A stretch of DNA of 64,000 nucleotides from Bradymonadia bacterium (GTDB taxonomy: Bacteria > Myxococcota_A > Bradymonadia > UBA7976 > UBA1532). The position numbers were made by a program, and so were the translations under genes. Under the pieces are notes generated by a model that saw only the letters and a program-made list of their open reading frames with translations, made no database searches and was not told where the DNA came from. Shown here in pieces: positions 13,462 through 22,387 of the stretch. The first letter of the stretch is position 1, and each line of letters opens with the position of its first letter. The DNA is taken from assembly GCA_046290225.1 (NCBI GenBank), contig JBKAGE010000034.1:64001-128000 (forward strand), written 5' to 3'.

Positions 13462-13827
13462 TCAGCCCCCCGTGAACTGCTTCACCAGCGGCTCACCGGT
13501 CTGCTCTTCGAGGGCCTTGAAGTGCTGGATAAGATACCAGACATCGATGGGTTTGAGGGCGCCGAAGGCCACGCCGAGCCCTGTCGACTCGGTGCCACTG
13601 GCTCGACCCCATCGCACCTCCCCTTCTCCACGGACCGTCATGCCCGTGGTGGGCAGCTCGATCTCGAAGTCGACGTGGGTGCCGAAGTCGAGGACCAGGG
13701 GGGTGTCGAGGGACATCCCCCCCATGCCCAGATCACGCGTTCGGCACGCGTGGCTTTCTCCGGAGTAATTCAGCCGAACGTGCAAATCACTGGGGAGTCG
13801 ATTGAATCTTCGTCTCTCGTCGCTCAT
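13462..13827 (-). CDS. Stand-alone PilZ-domain protein
   Basis: ERRRFNR (RxxxR), DLGMGG, GEVRW, GLGVAF. Confidence 0.85.
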   Translation of the reverse strand: MSDERRRFNRLPSDLHVRLNYSGESHACRTRDLGMGGMSLDTPLVLDFGTHVDFEIELPTTGMTVRGEGEVRWGRASGTESTGLGVAFGALKPIDVWYLIQHFKALEEQTGEPLVKQFTGG

Positions 13828-13851
13828 GCGCCTTCCTCTGCCGCTCGCGCG

Positions 13852-14436
13852 TCATGGACTCACCGTCTCACGGGCCTGACGCGTCTGACGTGCGTCTTCG
13901 AGGATCTGCCGGACGGCCCGACGATCATCAGCCCGTGGAAACAGCTCGAACAAACGGTAGCCTGACTCTGGATCGACGATCCTGGGGATGAGGAGTCGGG
14001 CTGCCTCGATCTGCTCCCTGCTGAATGCGAATCGTCCGACGATCTCTCCAACTTGAGCCACAGTGAACGCTGACTCTGCAGCTGCCTCGGAGAGCACCCT
14101 CAAACGGGCCCGATCTTCCGGCGCTTGATCGAGGGCGTCGTACAATGCCTCGAAGCCCTCTTCGCCCAACGCTGGCGGCAGTTTGGTCGTGGCCGAAGGC
14201 ACCCCCATCCAGCGCCCGACCCGGCGCCTCAAACGCTGCAGCCGCCTCATGGTCGAGGTCTTCCGGGACCCCCTCAGGCGAGCGATGTCTCCCTCGAGGG
14301 CCTCCAGATCCGCATAGAGCTGCTGCACGTCTCCCCGAGTCGGGGGCGCAGCGCTGGCTTCGCCGATGTGGCCGAGGGCAAGGGACAAGGCCACTGCGCA
14401 ACACAGGTTGAGGGCGAAATTCTGGTGAGCGTGCAT
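13852..14436 (-). CDS. Secreted DUF4476-like protein
   Basis: Signal peptide; FTVAQV..IV..F.FS.EQIEA..L.PRIVDP pattern; GGAGG RBS before ATG 14436. Confidence 0.65.
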   Translation of the reverse strand: MHAHQNFALNLCCAVALSLALGHIGEASAAPPTRGDVQQLYADLEALEGDIARLRGSRKTSTMRRLQRLRRRVGRWMGVPSATTKLPPALGEEGFEALYDALDQAPEDRARLRVLSEAAAESAFTVAQVGEIVGRFAFSREQIEAARLLIPRIVDPESGYRLFELFPRADDRRAVRQILEDARQTRQARETVSP

Positions 14437-14525
14437 CCTGGCGCCTCCGGTCCGTTGCACCTATCTTTCGTCGAGTTCTACAATCCGCCGGAATTTTTCT
14501 GTCGGCCCCATCTGAAAGATCTGCT

Positions 14526-17063
14526 GTGAGCAAGCATCCCATGCCCACCCGCGCCCACCGCTGCCTGCCCGTTCTCTGCCTGCTGATGTGGGCACTGCTC
14601 GGGACCACCGGGTGCGCCACCTCTGACGACGCCTCGGCATCAGGGGCCGACGCCAGGGCCCCCCGTGGCACGGCAGATGCCGGCGGCCGCACCTGTGAAG
14701 GCGACGGTGACTGTGAGGGTGGTGTCTGCCTGCCCTCGGGTCGGTGTCAGTTTCCAGGAGGCGCCTGTGCCTCCGAGGGGGACTGCATTGCCGGGGAGCG
14801 TTGCCTCGATGGTGTGTGCACCCCGCTGGCGGTGGGCTGTCAGACCGGCACGCCCTGCGCTGACGGCACCTACTGCGACACCTCTACAGGTGACTGCCTG
14901 CCCTTTGGCGCCCCACCCTGCACACCGTGTGAGGCCGATGGCGACTGTGGTGACGGCACAGACCGCTGCATCGAGCTCGCCGAGGGCCGGTTCTGTGGCG
15001 CGCGGTGTGATGCCAGCACACCCTGTGACGCAGGCTTCACGTGTGATCCGATCAGCGAGCAGTGCCGGCCGTCGAATGATCGATGCACACCGGTGAACCC
15101 ATGTGACGACATCACCTGCGCCGAGGGTCAGGTGTGCGATCCTCTGGTGGCCCGCTGCGTGCCAGCGTGTGATCCCGCCGACGATCGCTGCCCTGCGCCT
15201 ACGCGATGTCAGGCCGACACGGGCCTTTGTCGTGAGTGTGCTGGAGATGAGGACTGCGTGGCACCAGCGACCTGTGATCCGGTCCGCGGTCGCTGCCGAC
15301 AGTGCATCGCTGACGCAGACTGCCCTCAAGGCTTCACCTGCGATACGGCTCGGGCCCTCTGCATTCAGTGCGACGAAGACACCGACTGCGCCGAGGGCGT
15401 GTGCAACCCGGTGACCTCTACCTGTGTGCAATGTGTCAGCGACGACGAGTGTCAAGAAGGCGTCTGCGAGCCGGAGCAGAACATCTGTGTGCAGTGCCGC
15501 AGCCGGGCTCAGTGCCCCAACGGCCAGGTCTGTGATCCGGCGCGCAACCTCTGCGTGGCCTGTGTCATGGACGGCGACTGCCCTGGAGGCAATGTCTGCG
15601 ATGGTGGTGAGTGTGTGGGTTGCCGCGGCCCCGAGGACTGTGGGGGCCGTCCCTGTGACCTCAACACCCGCTCCTGCGTGGCCTGCACCACCGATCAGGA
15701 CTGCCCGGCGATGAACGGCGCCGCTGGCCGCTGTGACCCGGCCCGAAGCGCGTGCGTCCCCTGTCTCGAAGACGACGATTGCGCAGCCATGGGCGGTGGC
15801 CCGGGCCGGTGCACACCGGATCGTCGATGTGTCGCCTGCGGGAACGACAACGACTGCCCTGGCGTCTGTCTCGACCAGACCTGCGTGGACTGTCGCGTCG
15901 ACGACGACTGTCCGGGAGACACGCAGTGCAACGCCGAGCGCCGGTGTGTGGGCTGTGCGGACGATGACGACTGCCCCAACGGCCGCCGCTGCCGGGACAT
16001 GCAATGCCTCGACTGCCTCGCCGACAATGATTGCCCCAACGGCCGCTGTGACGTGGATCAGGGCCGGTGCGTGGCGTGCATCGCTGACGCTGACTGCCAA
16101 CGGCCGGGCTCTCCTGGCCCCCGATGTGACGTCGCCGCTGGGGCGTGTGTCACCTGCCTCGCCGATGCTGACTGCCCTGGGACTGACGGGGGCGTGGGCC
16201 GCTGCACCCCCGAGCGCACCTGCGTGCCTTGCCTCGGGGACGATGACTGTCCCAATGGTCGGTGTCGGCTCGAGGACAACCGCTGTGTGGATTGCCTCGA
16301 AGACGCCCACTGCCCCGCAGGCAATGGGGGCCGGGGGCGCTGTGATCCCAACCAGCAATGCGTGGTGTGCCTCGGCCCCGGGGATTGCTCTCCAGGCTTG
16401 CTGTGTGATCGAGCCCTCGATCAGTGTGTGGCCTGCATCACCAACGATGACTGCCCCGGCGCCTGTGATCCCGACGTTCGGGTGTGCCGCAACTGCTTCG
16501 CCGATTCAGACTGCCCAGGGGCTCAGCGCTGCGATCGGGAGCGTGACCGCTGTGTAGAGTGCCTCTCGGACCAACAGTGCGACGAAGATGACGCCCCCTA
16601 TTGCGATCTCAATGCGGGCCGATGTGAGCGCTGTGTCGTGGACCAGCACTGCCCAGGTGGTGTCTGCTCTGATGAAGACCGCATCTGCGTCGGATGCGAG
16701 ATCGATCAGGACTGCCCAGCCCAGCGCCCCTACTGTCTGGACGCCTTCCTGAGCTGTGTCGAGTGTCGCGCCGACGGTGACTGTGGTGGTGGTCGGGTCT
16801 GCAACGAGCTGGCGGGCATCTGTGTGCTGCCTGGAGACATTTGTCGGGCTGACGCCGACTGTGGTGAGGGGCGGACCTGCGATGATCTCTTGCAGCGTTG
16901 TCACAGCGCCGACGGCAGCTGCGTCACCGACGCGGACTGCAGGCCCAACCACGCCTGCAACCCCATCTTGCGGGTTTGCACGGGGTGTGGGCTCCTGCCC
17001 TTGCCTCTCCTGTTCTGCCCGGACAGCCAGATCTGTCTGTTCGACATCTGCGCTCCCCTGTAG
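14526..17063 (+). CDS. Cys-rich tandem-repeat lipoprotein (Dickkopf-like/myxobacterial Cys repeats)
   Basis: Lipobox LLGTTG|C; more than 20 repeats of CxxC..D.DC....C......C. Confidence 0.85.
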   Translation: MSKHPMPTRAHRCLPVLCLLMWALLGTTGCATSDDASASGADARAPRGTADAGGRTCEGDGDCEGGVCLPSGRCQFPGGACASEGDCIAGERCLDGVCTPLAVGCQTGTPCADGTYCDTSTGDCLPFGAPPCTPCEADGDCGDGTDRCIELAEGRFCGARCDASTPCDAGFTCDPISEQCRPSNDRCTPVNPCDDITCAEGQVCDPLVARCVPACDPADDRCPAPTRCQADTGLCRECAGDEDCVAPATCDPVRGRCRQCIADADCPQGFTCDTARALCIQCDEDTDCAEGVCNPVTSTCVQCVSDDECQEGVCEPEQNICVQCRSRAQCPNGQVCDPARNLCVACVMDGDCPGGNVCDGGECVGCRGPEDCGGRPCDLNTRSCVACTTDQDCPAMNGAAGRCDPARSACVPCLEDDDCAAMGGGPGRCTPDRRCVACGNDNDCPGVCLDQTCVDCRVDDDCPGDTQCNAERRCVGCADDDDCPNGRRCRDMQCLDCLADNDCPNGRCDVDQGRCVACIADADCQRPGSPGPRCDVAAGACVTCLADADCPGTDGGVGRCTPERTCVPCLGDDDCPNGRCRLEDNRCVDCLEDAHCPAGNGGRGRCDPNQQCVVCLGPGDCSPGLLCDRALDQCVACITNDDCPGACDPDVRVCRNCFADSDCPGAQRCDRERDRCVECLSDQQCDEDDAPYCDLNAGRCERCVVDQHCPGGVCSDEDRICVGCEIDQDCPAQRPYCLDAFLSCVECRADGDCGGGRVCNELAGICVLPGDICRADADCGEGRTCDDLLQRCHSADGSCVTDADCRPNHACNPILRVCTGCGLLPLPLLFCPDSQICLFDICAPL

Positions 17064-17082
17064 TCCCCCGCTGAGGATTGCA

Positions 17083-17931
17083 TCAGCGAGGCGCTCTACG
17101 TCGCCGCATCAAGCCCATGAGCGCGAGCACACCCACCACGCTGCCCGTGCCACCACTCTGACCACAGAGGCCCTGATTCACGGGCGCCTCGATGTCGGTG
17201 AAGTCACCTGCTGGCGCTTGATTAGCACAGGCATCTCCCCCTGCCGTCGATGCAGGGTAGATGGCGCAGATGCCATCGATGTCGTCTTGATGCAGATCGC
17301 GCTTGTGCGTCTCACCGGGCTCCTGCGTATCGTGCATCGTGGCCTCGGGCTCCGTGGAGTGGGCGAGCCCCAGAAAGTGGCCGAACTCGTGGGCAGCGGT
17401 GGACTGCAAATCCATGGCGCCTGATGAAGACTGGTCGCCGGTGAAGAAGGTGTAGTTCACCCCGTTGAACTCGATGTCCACATCGACCAGGGCACCGTGA
17501 AACGGGCACGCCGAGCTGGTGCCCTCGGGATCCAAGCAATAGGTCGTCGTGGCGAGGGCGATGGCCGAGGTGGAGTGGATCCAGCTGCCAGGCTCTTCTC
17601 TGAAGACTGCGACGTTGGCATTGGCGCCCGAGGCGTTGAAGCCAGTCTCGCTCCGCGCGGTCAGACCATCGTAGAGAAAGGCCAGATCACTACAGCTGAC
17701 CTGATTCCAGGCTTCAGTGGCCAGGATCAGAGTCTCTTGCAGCGTGGTCATGTCGACGTCGTCGCTGCCCAGCTCGTTGAGGCGCCACGTCAGGCATCGC
17801 TGAGGCCACTCGATGGGGGTCCCATCTTCATGGGTGGTGGTTTGAGTGTAGGCGCTGGCGTCGAACGATGCAGAGAGGGTGATCACCGCACCGCTCATCA
17901 ACCCCCGCCAGGCGGGCGACCTTACGCTCAT
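17083..17931 (-). CDS. Matrixin (M10-like) metalloprotease with MYXO-CTERM-like tail
   Basis: HEFGHFLGLAH, Met-turn ATMH, LHQDDIDG; ends Cys-Gly/Ser, TM, RRRR. Confidence 0.88.
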   Translation of the reverse strand: MSVRSPAWRGLMSGAVITLSASFDASAYTQTTTHEDGTPIEWPQRCLTWRLNELGSDDVDMTTLQETLILATEAWNQVSCSDLAFLYDGLTARSETGFNASGANANVAVFREEPGSWIHSTSAIALATTTYCLDPEGTSSACPFHGALVDVDIEFNGVNYTFFTGDQSSSGAMDLQSTAAHEFGHFLGLAHSTEPEATMHDTQEPGETHKRDLHQDDIDGICAIYPASTAGGDACANQAPAGDFTDIEAPVNQGLCGQSGGTGSVVGVLALMGLMRRRRAPR

Positions 17932-17947
17932 GCACACTCCCCTCTCA

Positions 17948-18808
17948 TCAGCGACGTCTGCGCCGACACAGGCCCAATACGGAGATCAGGGCGAGCAGCG
18001 CGCTGCCCGTGCCCCCGCTCTGTTCACAGGAGCCCGAGGCTTGCTCTGGTGGATTGTCCGGCTCATCTCCGGGCTCTTTCCCAAAGCAGGCGTCGCCATT
18101 GCTGCCCACGGGTGTGGGGTACACCGCACACAGGCCGTCGATGTCGTCCTGATGCAGGTCTCGCTTGAGGCGCTCTCTCGCCTCGGCGGTGGCGAACATG
18201 GTGGCGTCGGACTCCGGCGTGTGGTCGAGGCCGATCACGTGGCCGATCTCGTGGGCTGCGGTGTTCCACACGTCGAAGGTGGGCCGCACGAGCCGCTCGG
18301 TGACCGTGAAGGGAAACTGTTCGCCGTTGAACTCGATGTCGGCGTCGAGGATCGCCCCCTTGAACTGGCAGGCGCCTCGAGTCTCCAGGCAGAACGTCAC
18401 CGTGGCCAGGGCGATGACTGCGCCTTCGTGCGGCCAGCTGCCAGGGGCGTCGTGGAAGACGATGATGTTGCTGTTCCCACCGCTGTTGGAATAGCCCACG
18501 CTCTCACTCGACGTGGTGCCCTCGTACAAGAACGCCACGTCGCTGCAATCCTCGTCCTGCCAGACCGCGAAGGCGTTCTGCAGTGAAGTGAGCAGGTCAT
18601 CGAAGGGGATCGCAGCGCTGCCGCGCTCGTTCAGTCGCCAGCGCACGCACCGATCGGGCCACTCGATGGGTGTGCCATCGCCCTCGATCCGCGTGCGCTC
18701 GAAGGCCTCGGCCTCTCCTCCGAGGCCCAGCACGGACGCCCCCGCGGCCATCCATACGCCAGCGCTCAGCACGCAGAGGGGTTTCGCTCGACCGTTGATG
18801 ATGCTCAC
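17948..18808 (-). CDS. Matrixin (M10-like) metalloprotease with MYXO-CTERM-like tail (paralog of the downstream gene)
   Basis: HEIGHVIGLDH, ATMF, LHQDDIDG; ends GSC...LLALISVLGLCRRRRR. GTG 18808 overlaps the upstream stop (GTGA). Confidence 0.88.
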   Translation of the reverse strand: MSIINGRAKPLCVLSAGVWMAAGASVLGLGGEAEAFERTRIEGDGTPIEWPDRCVRWRLNERGSAAIPFDDLLTSLQNAFAVWQDEDCSDVAFLYEGTTSSESVGYSNSGGNSNIIVFHDAPGSWPHEGAVIALATVTFCLETRGACQFKGAILDADIEFNGEQFPFTVTERLVRPTFDVWNTAAHEIGHVIGLDHTPESDATMFATAEARERLKRDLHQDDIDGLCAVYPTPVGSNGDACFGKEPGDEPDNPPEQASGSCEQSGGTGSALLALISVLGLCRRRRR

Positions 18809-19881
18809 ACCAGTTCTCCATTCTTCGCCCGGCAGCGCCGCAGGCGCCGATGGGGCCCCAGCAGATACAATCCGGTCATCCAGGCCCCCCACACGGCGAG
18901 GCTCGAAGTCTCACTTCGCGCCCGCGAGCGGGCAGCGCTGCAGCTTCCGCCGCCATCTTCCGCAGGCGGCGCCACTTCGGCGTCGCCCTGCTCTGCGCCC
19001 ATGTCGAACGCCAACCCGGCATCCAACTCAGGCTCGAAGGCCTCCAGCGTGCTGGAGGCGCCTTGGCCTTCTTCGCTCCACACCACGACGAAATCACCCG
19101 TCGCAGCGTTGAAGGTGCCGCCCTCGCGAGAGGCATCACTCAGCACACCAGAGCGCCCCACGTAGATCACATCTGCGTGTTCACTCTCGTCGCCGATCGT
19201 CCATCGCTCCATCTCGATTTGAGCGGACACCACGACGGGGACCAGCCGCTGACCCTCGATGTTGAGGACCTCGGAGATGCCTGTCTCGTCATCCGCATTG
19301 GGCTCGCGGGCTGCAGCCCCTGGAGTCACTGTGGGAAACATGGCCGCGGTGCGTTGGGGATCAGTGGCCTCGAGGCTGTCGCACCGCGGCGCGTCACCAT
19401 CTCCGCAGCTGTGGCCCAGCCCCAGAGCGTGGCCCACCTCGTGCACGAGGACCGGGTACAGCCCGAAGGCCCCTGGTGTCTCCTCGGCACCAAAGAGAAA
19501 CCGCCCGCTGTTGAGCAACACCTCGGCGCGGGTCAGCGCACCGTCTTCTACGGTGATGAGGGTAAAGGCCACCAGATCAGGATCGCCCACGAGGTCGGCC
19601 CAGGCGGCTTGCTCGTCCACCACGGCGAGGGTGATCTCTTCAGGCGCCCCGTGCACGGGCGTGAGGGCCACAGGAGGCCTGCTGGACCACACAGCGAGGG
19701 CACGATGCCAGTCGATGGGCCCGGTGCTCACAGTCAGCGGGCTGCTCCGTGGCGCCCACTGCGCCGGCGCCCCTGCTTCATCAACGATGGGTTGCCACGC
19801 CATGGCTCGACCCGGGCCCGCCAGCAGCGCAGCGACAGCGGCGACACCGGCGGTCGCTCGGGTCATGGACCAGAGCCTCAC
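18805..19881 (-). CDS. Matrixin-family metalloprotease with GGGSC sorting-like tail
   Basis: HEVGHALGLGH, AAMFP, DDETG; signal peptide; DGGGSCS followed by a hydrophobic then basic C-terminus. Confidence 0.85.
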   Translation of the reverse strand: MRLWSMTRATAGVAAVAALLAGPGRAMAWQPIVDEAGAPAQWAPRSSPLTVSTGPIDWHRALAVWSSRPPVALTPVHGAPEEITLAVVDEQAAWADLVGDPDLVAFTLITVEDGALTRAEVLLNSGRFLFGAEETPGAFGLYPVLVHEVGHALGLGHSCGDGDAPRCDSLEATDPQRTAAMFPTVTPGAAAREPNADDETGISEVLNIEGQRLVPVVVSAQIEMERWTIGDESEHADVIYVGRSGVLSDASREGGTFNAATGDFVVVWSEEGQGASSTLEAFEPELDAGLAFDMGAEQGDAEVAPPAEDGGGSCSAARSRARSETSSLAVWGAWMTGLYLLGPHRRLRRCRAKNGELV

Positions 19882-20504
19882 GGGGTCGACACCTCGGGTT
19901 GTTGCACACGCTGAGCATCGACGATCTGCACCAGCTCTTTGACGAAGCTCTGGAGAGACTGCCGTTGAGCGAGCACAGGAGGCACCTCCTGCAGCGCGCC
20001 TCCTGCTTGCCGCTGCACGGTGGTCAGGCCGGTGAGATCCCGCACCACCATGGGGCCATCGAGGGTGGGCTCTACCCGCAGCTTGCCCTGGCTGAGGCCC
20101 ACGACAGTGTGCACCTGTGGCTCGACCTTGCCTGCGGCGAGGAACATGACCACCTGCTCTGCCTCGACGAGCTGGCTCACCCCGGCCACCTTCTGACCGA
20201 TGCCGTCGATGACCCCACCGGGGATCTCCACCACCACCTCATTGACCTCTACCCCCTTGATCACCGCGTCGCAGGCGATGGTGTGCCGCGTGATGATCCG
20301 GCCGCCCACCCATCGCGGCTCCGAGCGCATCACCTTGCCGGTGACGATGAGATCAGCATCGGCCACCAGGCCCTGCAGATCGTACCTCAGGACCACGGCC
20401 CCATGGGCCGTATGGCCCCCGGCGACGAGGACTGTGCTGCCGAGGCCTGCGCAGAGCAACAGGCGCAGAGTGGAGCGGAGAAAGCGGGTGGGCGCGTAAG
20501 GCAT
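19878..20504 (-). CDS. Secreted protease-associated protein (OB/NTR-like fold suspected)
   Basis: Signal peptide; LVADADLIVTGKV...IPGG..DG...VAG...VVMFL...VGLSQGK pattern; translationally coupled to the matrixin genes. Confidence 0.65.
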   Translation of the reverse strand: MPYAPTRFLRSTLRLLLCAGLGSTVLVAGGHTAHGAVVLRYDLQGLVADADLIVTGKVMRSEPRWVGGRIITRHTIACDAVIKGVEVNEVVVEIPGGVIDGIGQKVAGVSQLVEAEQVVMFLAAGKVEPQVHTVVGLSQGKLRVEPTLDGPMVVRDLTGLTTVQRQAGGALQEVPPVLAQRQSLQSFVKELVQIVDAQRVQQPEVSTP

Positions 20505-20514
20505 GGGGAGCAGA

Positions 20515-20548
20515 TCTCTCTGTGAGCAGGGTCTCTCTGTGAGCCGGG
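20515..20548. repeat. 17-bp tandem duplication TCTCTCTGTGAGC(A/C)GGG
   Basis: Two adjacent copies (20515-20531, 20532-20548) with one mismatch, directly upstream of the matrixin operon start. Confidence 0.8.
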
Positions 20549-20748
20549 CCGAATCATGCTAGCGGGGATGGGATCGACGTCGCAACGCGCCACCGACCGC
20601 CCCGAGCTCATTTATGTTCGGTCACTGACGCTTCTCACCAAAAAACTTCGAGAGAAAAAAAGTCTCTTCAAAAAAAAGCGACCCCTCGTGGTGTGCAGAG
20701 CCTGGGTGGACCGCCCGGAGGCACCGGGCACAACACGGAGGAAGTCAC

Positions 20749-22326
20749 ATGAAGCGCCATCTGCCCTGGCTGCTCTGCTCGCTCGCAGCATGCAACTCGA
20801 CACCGGAGACCCCCAGCACAGAGGGACCCGCCACTGGAGCCACGGGCATCGCCCTGAGGTCCGACATTCTCGCCGACACCGACGTCGCCGGTATGCAGTA
20901 CACCCTCACCCCCGTCGACTGCGACACTGGGGCGCCCAACGATCCCGACGGGGTGATCTCGGTCACTCGGGATCTCGAGGACATCCTGCTCCCCGGCGGG
21001 CACCCCGGGTTCCAGGACGGGCCCTTCGATGCCGCCTCGGGGCACCTGTTCACCGACGCTTTCCAGGCTGTGCCTGCGGGCTGCTACGACGTGCTGGCCC
21101 AGCCCATCGACATCGACGGCGAGCTCTCGGAGGACTGCGCCGCCGCCAGCGAAGCCAACGTGCCGGTGCAGGATGGCGAGGTCACCGAAATCGTGCTGGT
21201 AAGCCAGTGCGTGGGTGACGGCAGCCTCGGTGCGGTGGACGCGGTGGTGGCCCTGAACCACCCGCCCCAGCTCGTGGACGCCTACTACGACCCGAGCAAG
21301 TTCACCTGCCAGAACACCACCACGCTGTGTGTGGTGGCAGAAGATCCCGACAACGATCCGATGGTGCTCACGCCAAGGGCGCCTGAGGGTGTGCTCATCA
21401 CCATGCAGGTCCCGGTCGTGAACGATCTCGGACAGCTGGTGCAGTGCATCGAGGTGGAGGTGCCCGGTCCTGGCCAGTATCCGATCACGCTCACGGTGCA
21501 GGACCAGATGGTGGGGCCCGAAGGGCAGCTGATCCCCATCGAGTCCATCCTCGACGAGGGCATCCTCTCGAGCGACCAGATCACCATGCCCGTGCACGCG
21601 ATGTCTCAGGACGCCTGTGTGTGTGACTGCCCCGAAGGGTTCACCCTGAACGCCGCCGGCGACGCCTGCGAGCAGTTCACTCAGGCCGACGCGGTGCTCA
21701 ACGGCGAGCCCCTCTCGGTCTGTGAGGGCGACGATCGCGACGAGTACGGCGCCCTGGGTGCTCAGTTCCCCGACGGCCTCGTGGTGCAGAACAGCTTCTT
21801 CGGCGACGGCTTCGACAATGGCGACGGCCGCCTGAACGCCATCGGCATCTGGGCCTGTGACGGCGCGCTCCGCCAGTGGATCGGCTTCAGCACCTGCATC
21901 AACGTCGAGGAAGAGGGCGAGTACGTGTTGGGCATCGCCGGTGACGATCAGACCCGCATCTTCGTCGACGGCCAGCTGGTCTTCGAGCAGGTGGGCAACC
22001 AGCAGTTCCGGACCTGGTGGATGACCCCGATTCAGCTCAGCCCCGGGCCCCATGTCATCGAGATGGAGGGCTACGACCAAGGCGTCTCCGCCACCCTCGG
22101 CGCCGAGATCTACGGGCCCTTCCCCGCAGGCTCCACGGTGGACGATCAGACCATGGCCGGCCTGGACTACCCCAACAACATCTTCTGGTCCACGGGCGAC
22201 GAGCTCGGTGGCGTCTTCGACCTGGGCGAGAACAACGGCTACAGCTGCCCCGATGGCACCAGCCTGAACCTCTGCGGCGACGCCCCCACCTGCACGGGCT
22301 ACGAGCAGGTGGCTTGCGGGGAGTAA
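20749..22326 (+). CDS. Acidic, Cys-containing lipoprotein with a C-terminal PA14-like domain
   Basis: Lipobox SLAA|C; GEYVLGIAGDD..RIFVDGQLV..L.PGPHVIEME is PA14-like; GGAGGA RBS. Confidence 0.7.
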   Translation: MKRHLPWLLCSLAACNSTPETPSTEGPATGATGIALRSDILADTDVAGMQYTLTPVDCDTGAPNDPDGVISVTRDLEDILLPGGHPGFQDGPFDAASGHLFTDAFQAVPAGCYDVLAQPIDIDGELSEDCAAASEANVPVQDGEVTEIVLVSQCVGDGSLGAVDAVVALNHPPQLVDAYYDPSKFTCQNTTTLCVVAEDPDNDPMVLTPRAPEGVLITMQVPVVNDLGQLVQCIEVEVPGPGQYPITLTVQDQMVGPEGQLIPIESILDEGILSSDQITMPVHAMSQDACVCDCPEGFTLNAAGDACEQFTQADAVLNGEPLSVCEGDDRDEYGALGAQFPDGLVVQNSFFGDGFDNGDGRLNAIGIWACDGALRQWIGFSTCINVEEEGEYVLGIAGDDQTRIFVDGQLVFEQVGNQQFRTWWMTPIQLSPGPHVIEMEGYDQGVSATLGAEIYGPFPAGSTVDDQTMAGLDYPNNIFWSTGDELGGVFDLGENNGYSCPDGTSLNLCGDAPTCTGYEQVACGE

Positions 22327-22347
22327 CCCCCACACCTCAGGTGTGAT

Positions 22348-22387
22348 ACGTCTCTCTTCCAGTGTGCCTTCCATGGAGGAGAGACGT
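22348..22387 (+). promoter_or_regulatory. 14-bp stem-loop covering the pfkA Shine-Dalgarno sequence and start codon
   Basis: ACGTCTCTCTTCCA (22348-22361) pairs with TGGAGGAGAGACGT (22374-22387) with one G-U pair. Confidence 0.6.

Noticed and set aside
14490..14516. ECF-like GGAATTT...TCTGA promoter
   Set aside because: 14-nt spacer is shorter than the usual 16-17; too weak to call
14640..16358. 572-aa Ala/Thr-rich minus-strand ORF
   Set aside because: Shadow of the Cys-repeat lipoprotein
14526..17063. Possible CRISPR-like or DNA-level tandem array
   Set aside because: Repeats are diverged and visible only at protein level; no constant repeat-spacer pattern anywhere in the window
20668..22374. 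568-aa minus-strand ORF (likewise 488-1873, 8455-10173, 29036-30418, 41773-43113)
   Set aside because: All overlap motif-supported genes on the opposite strand
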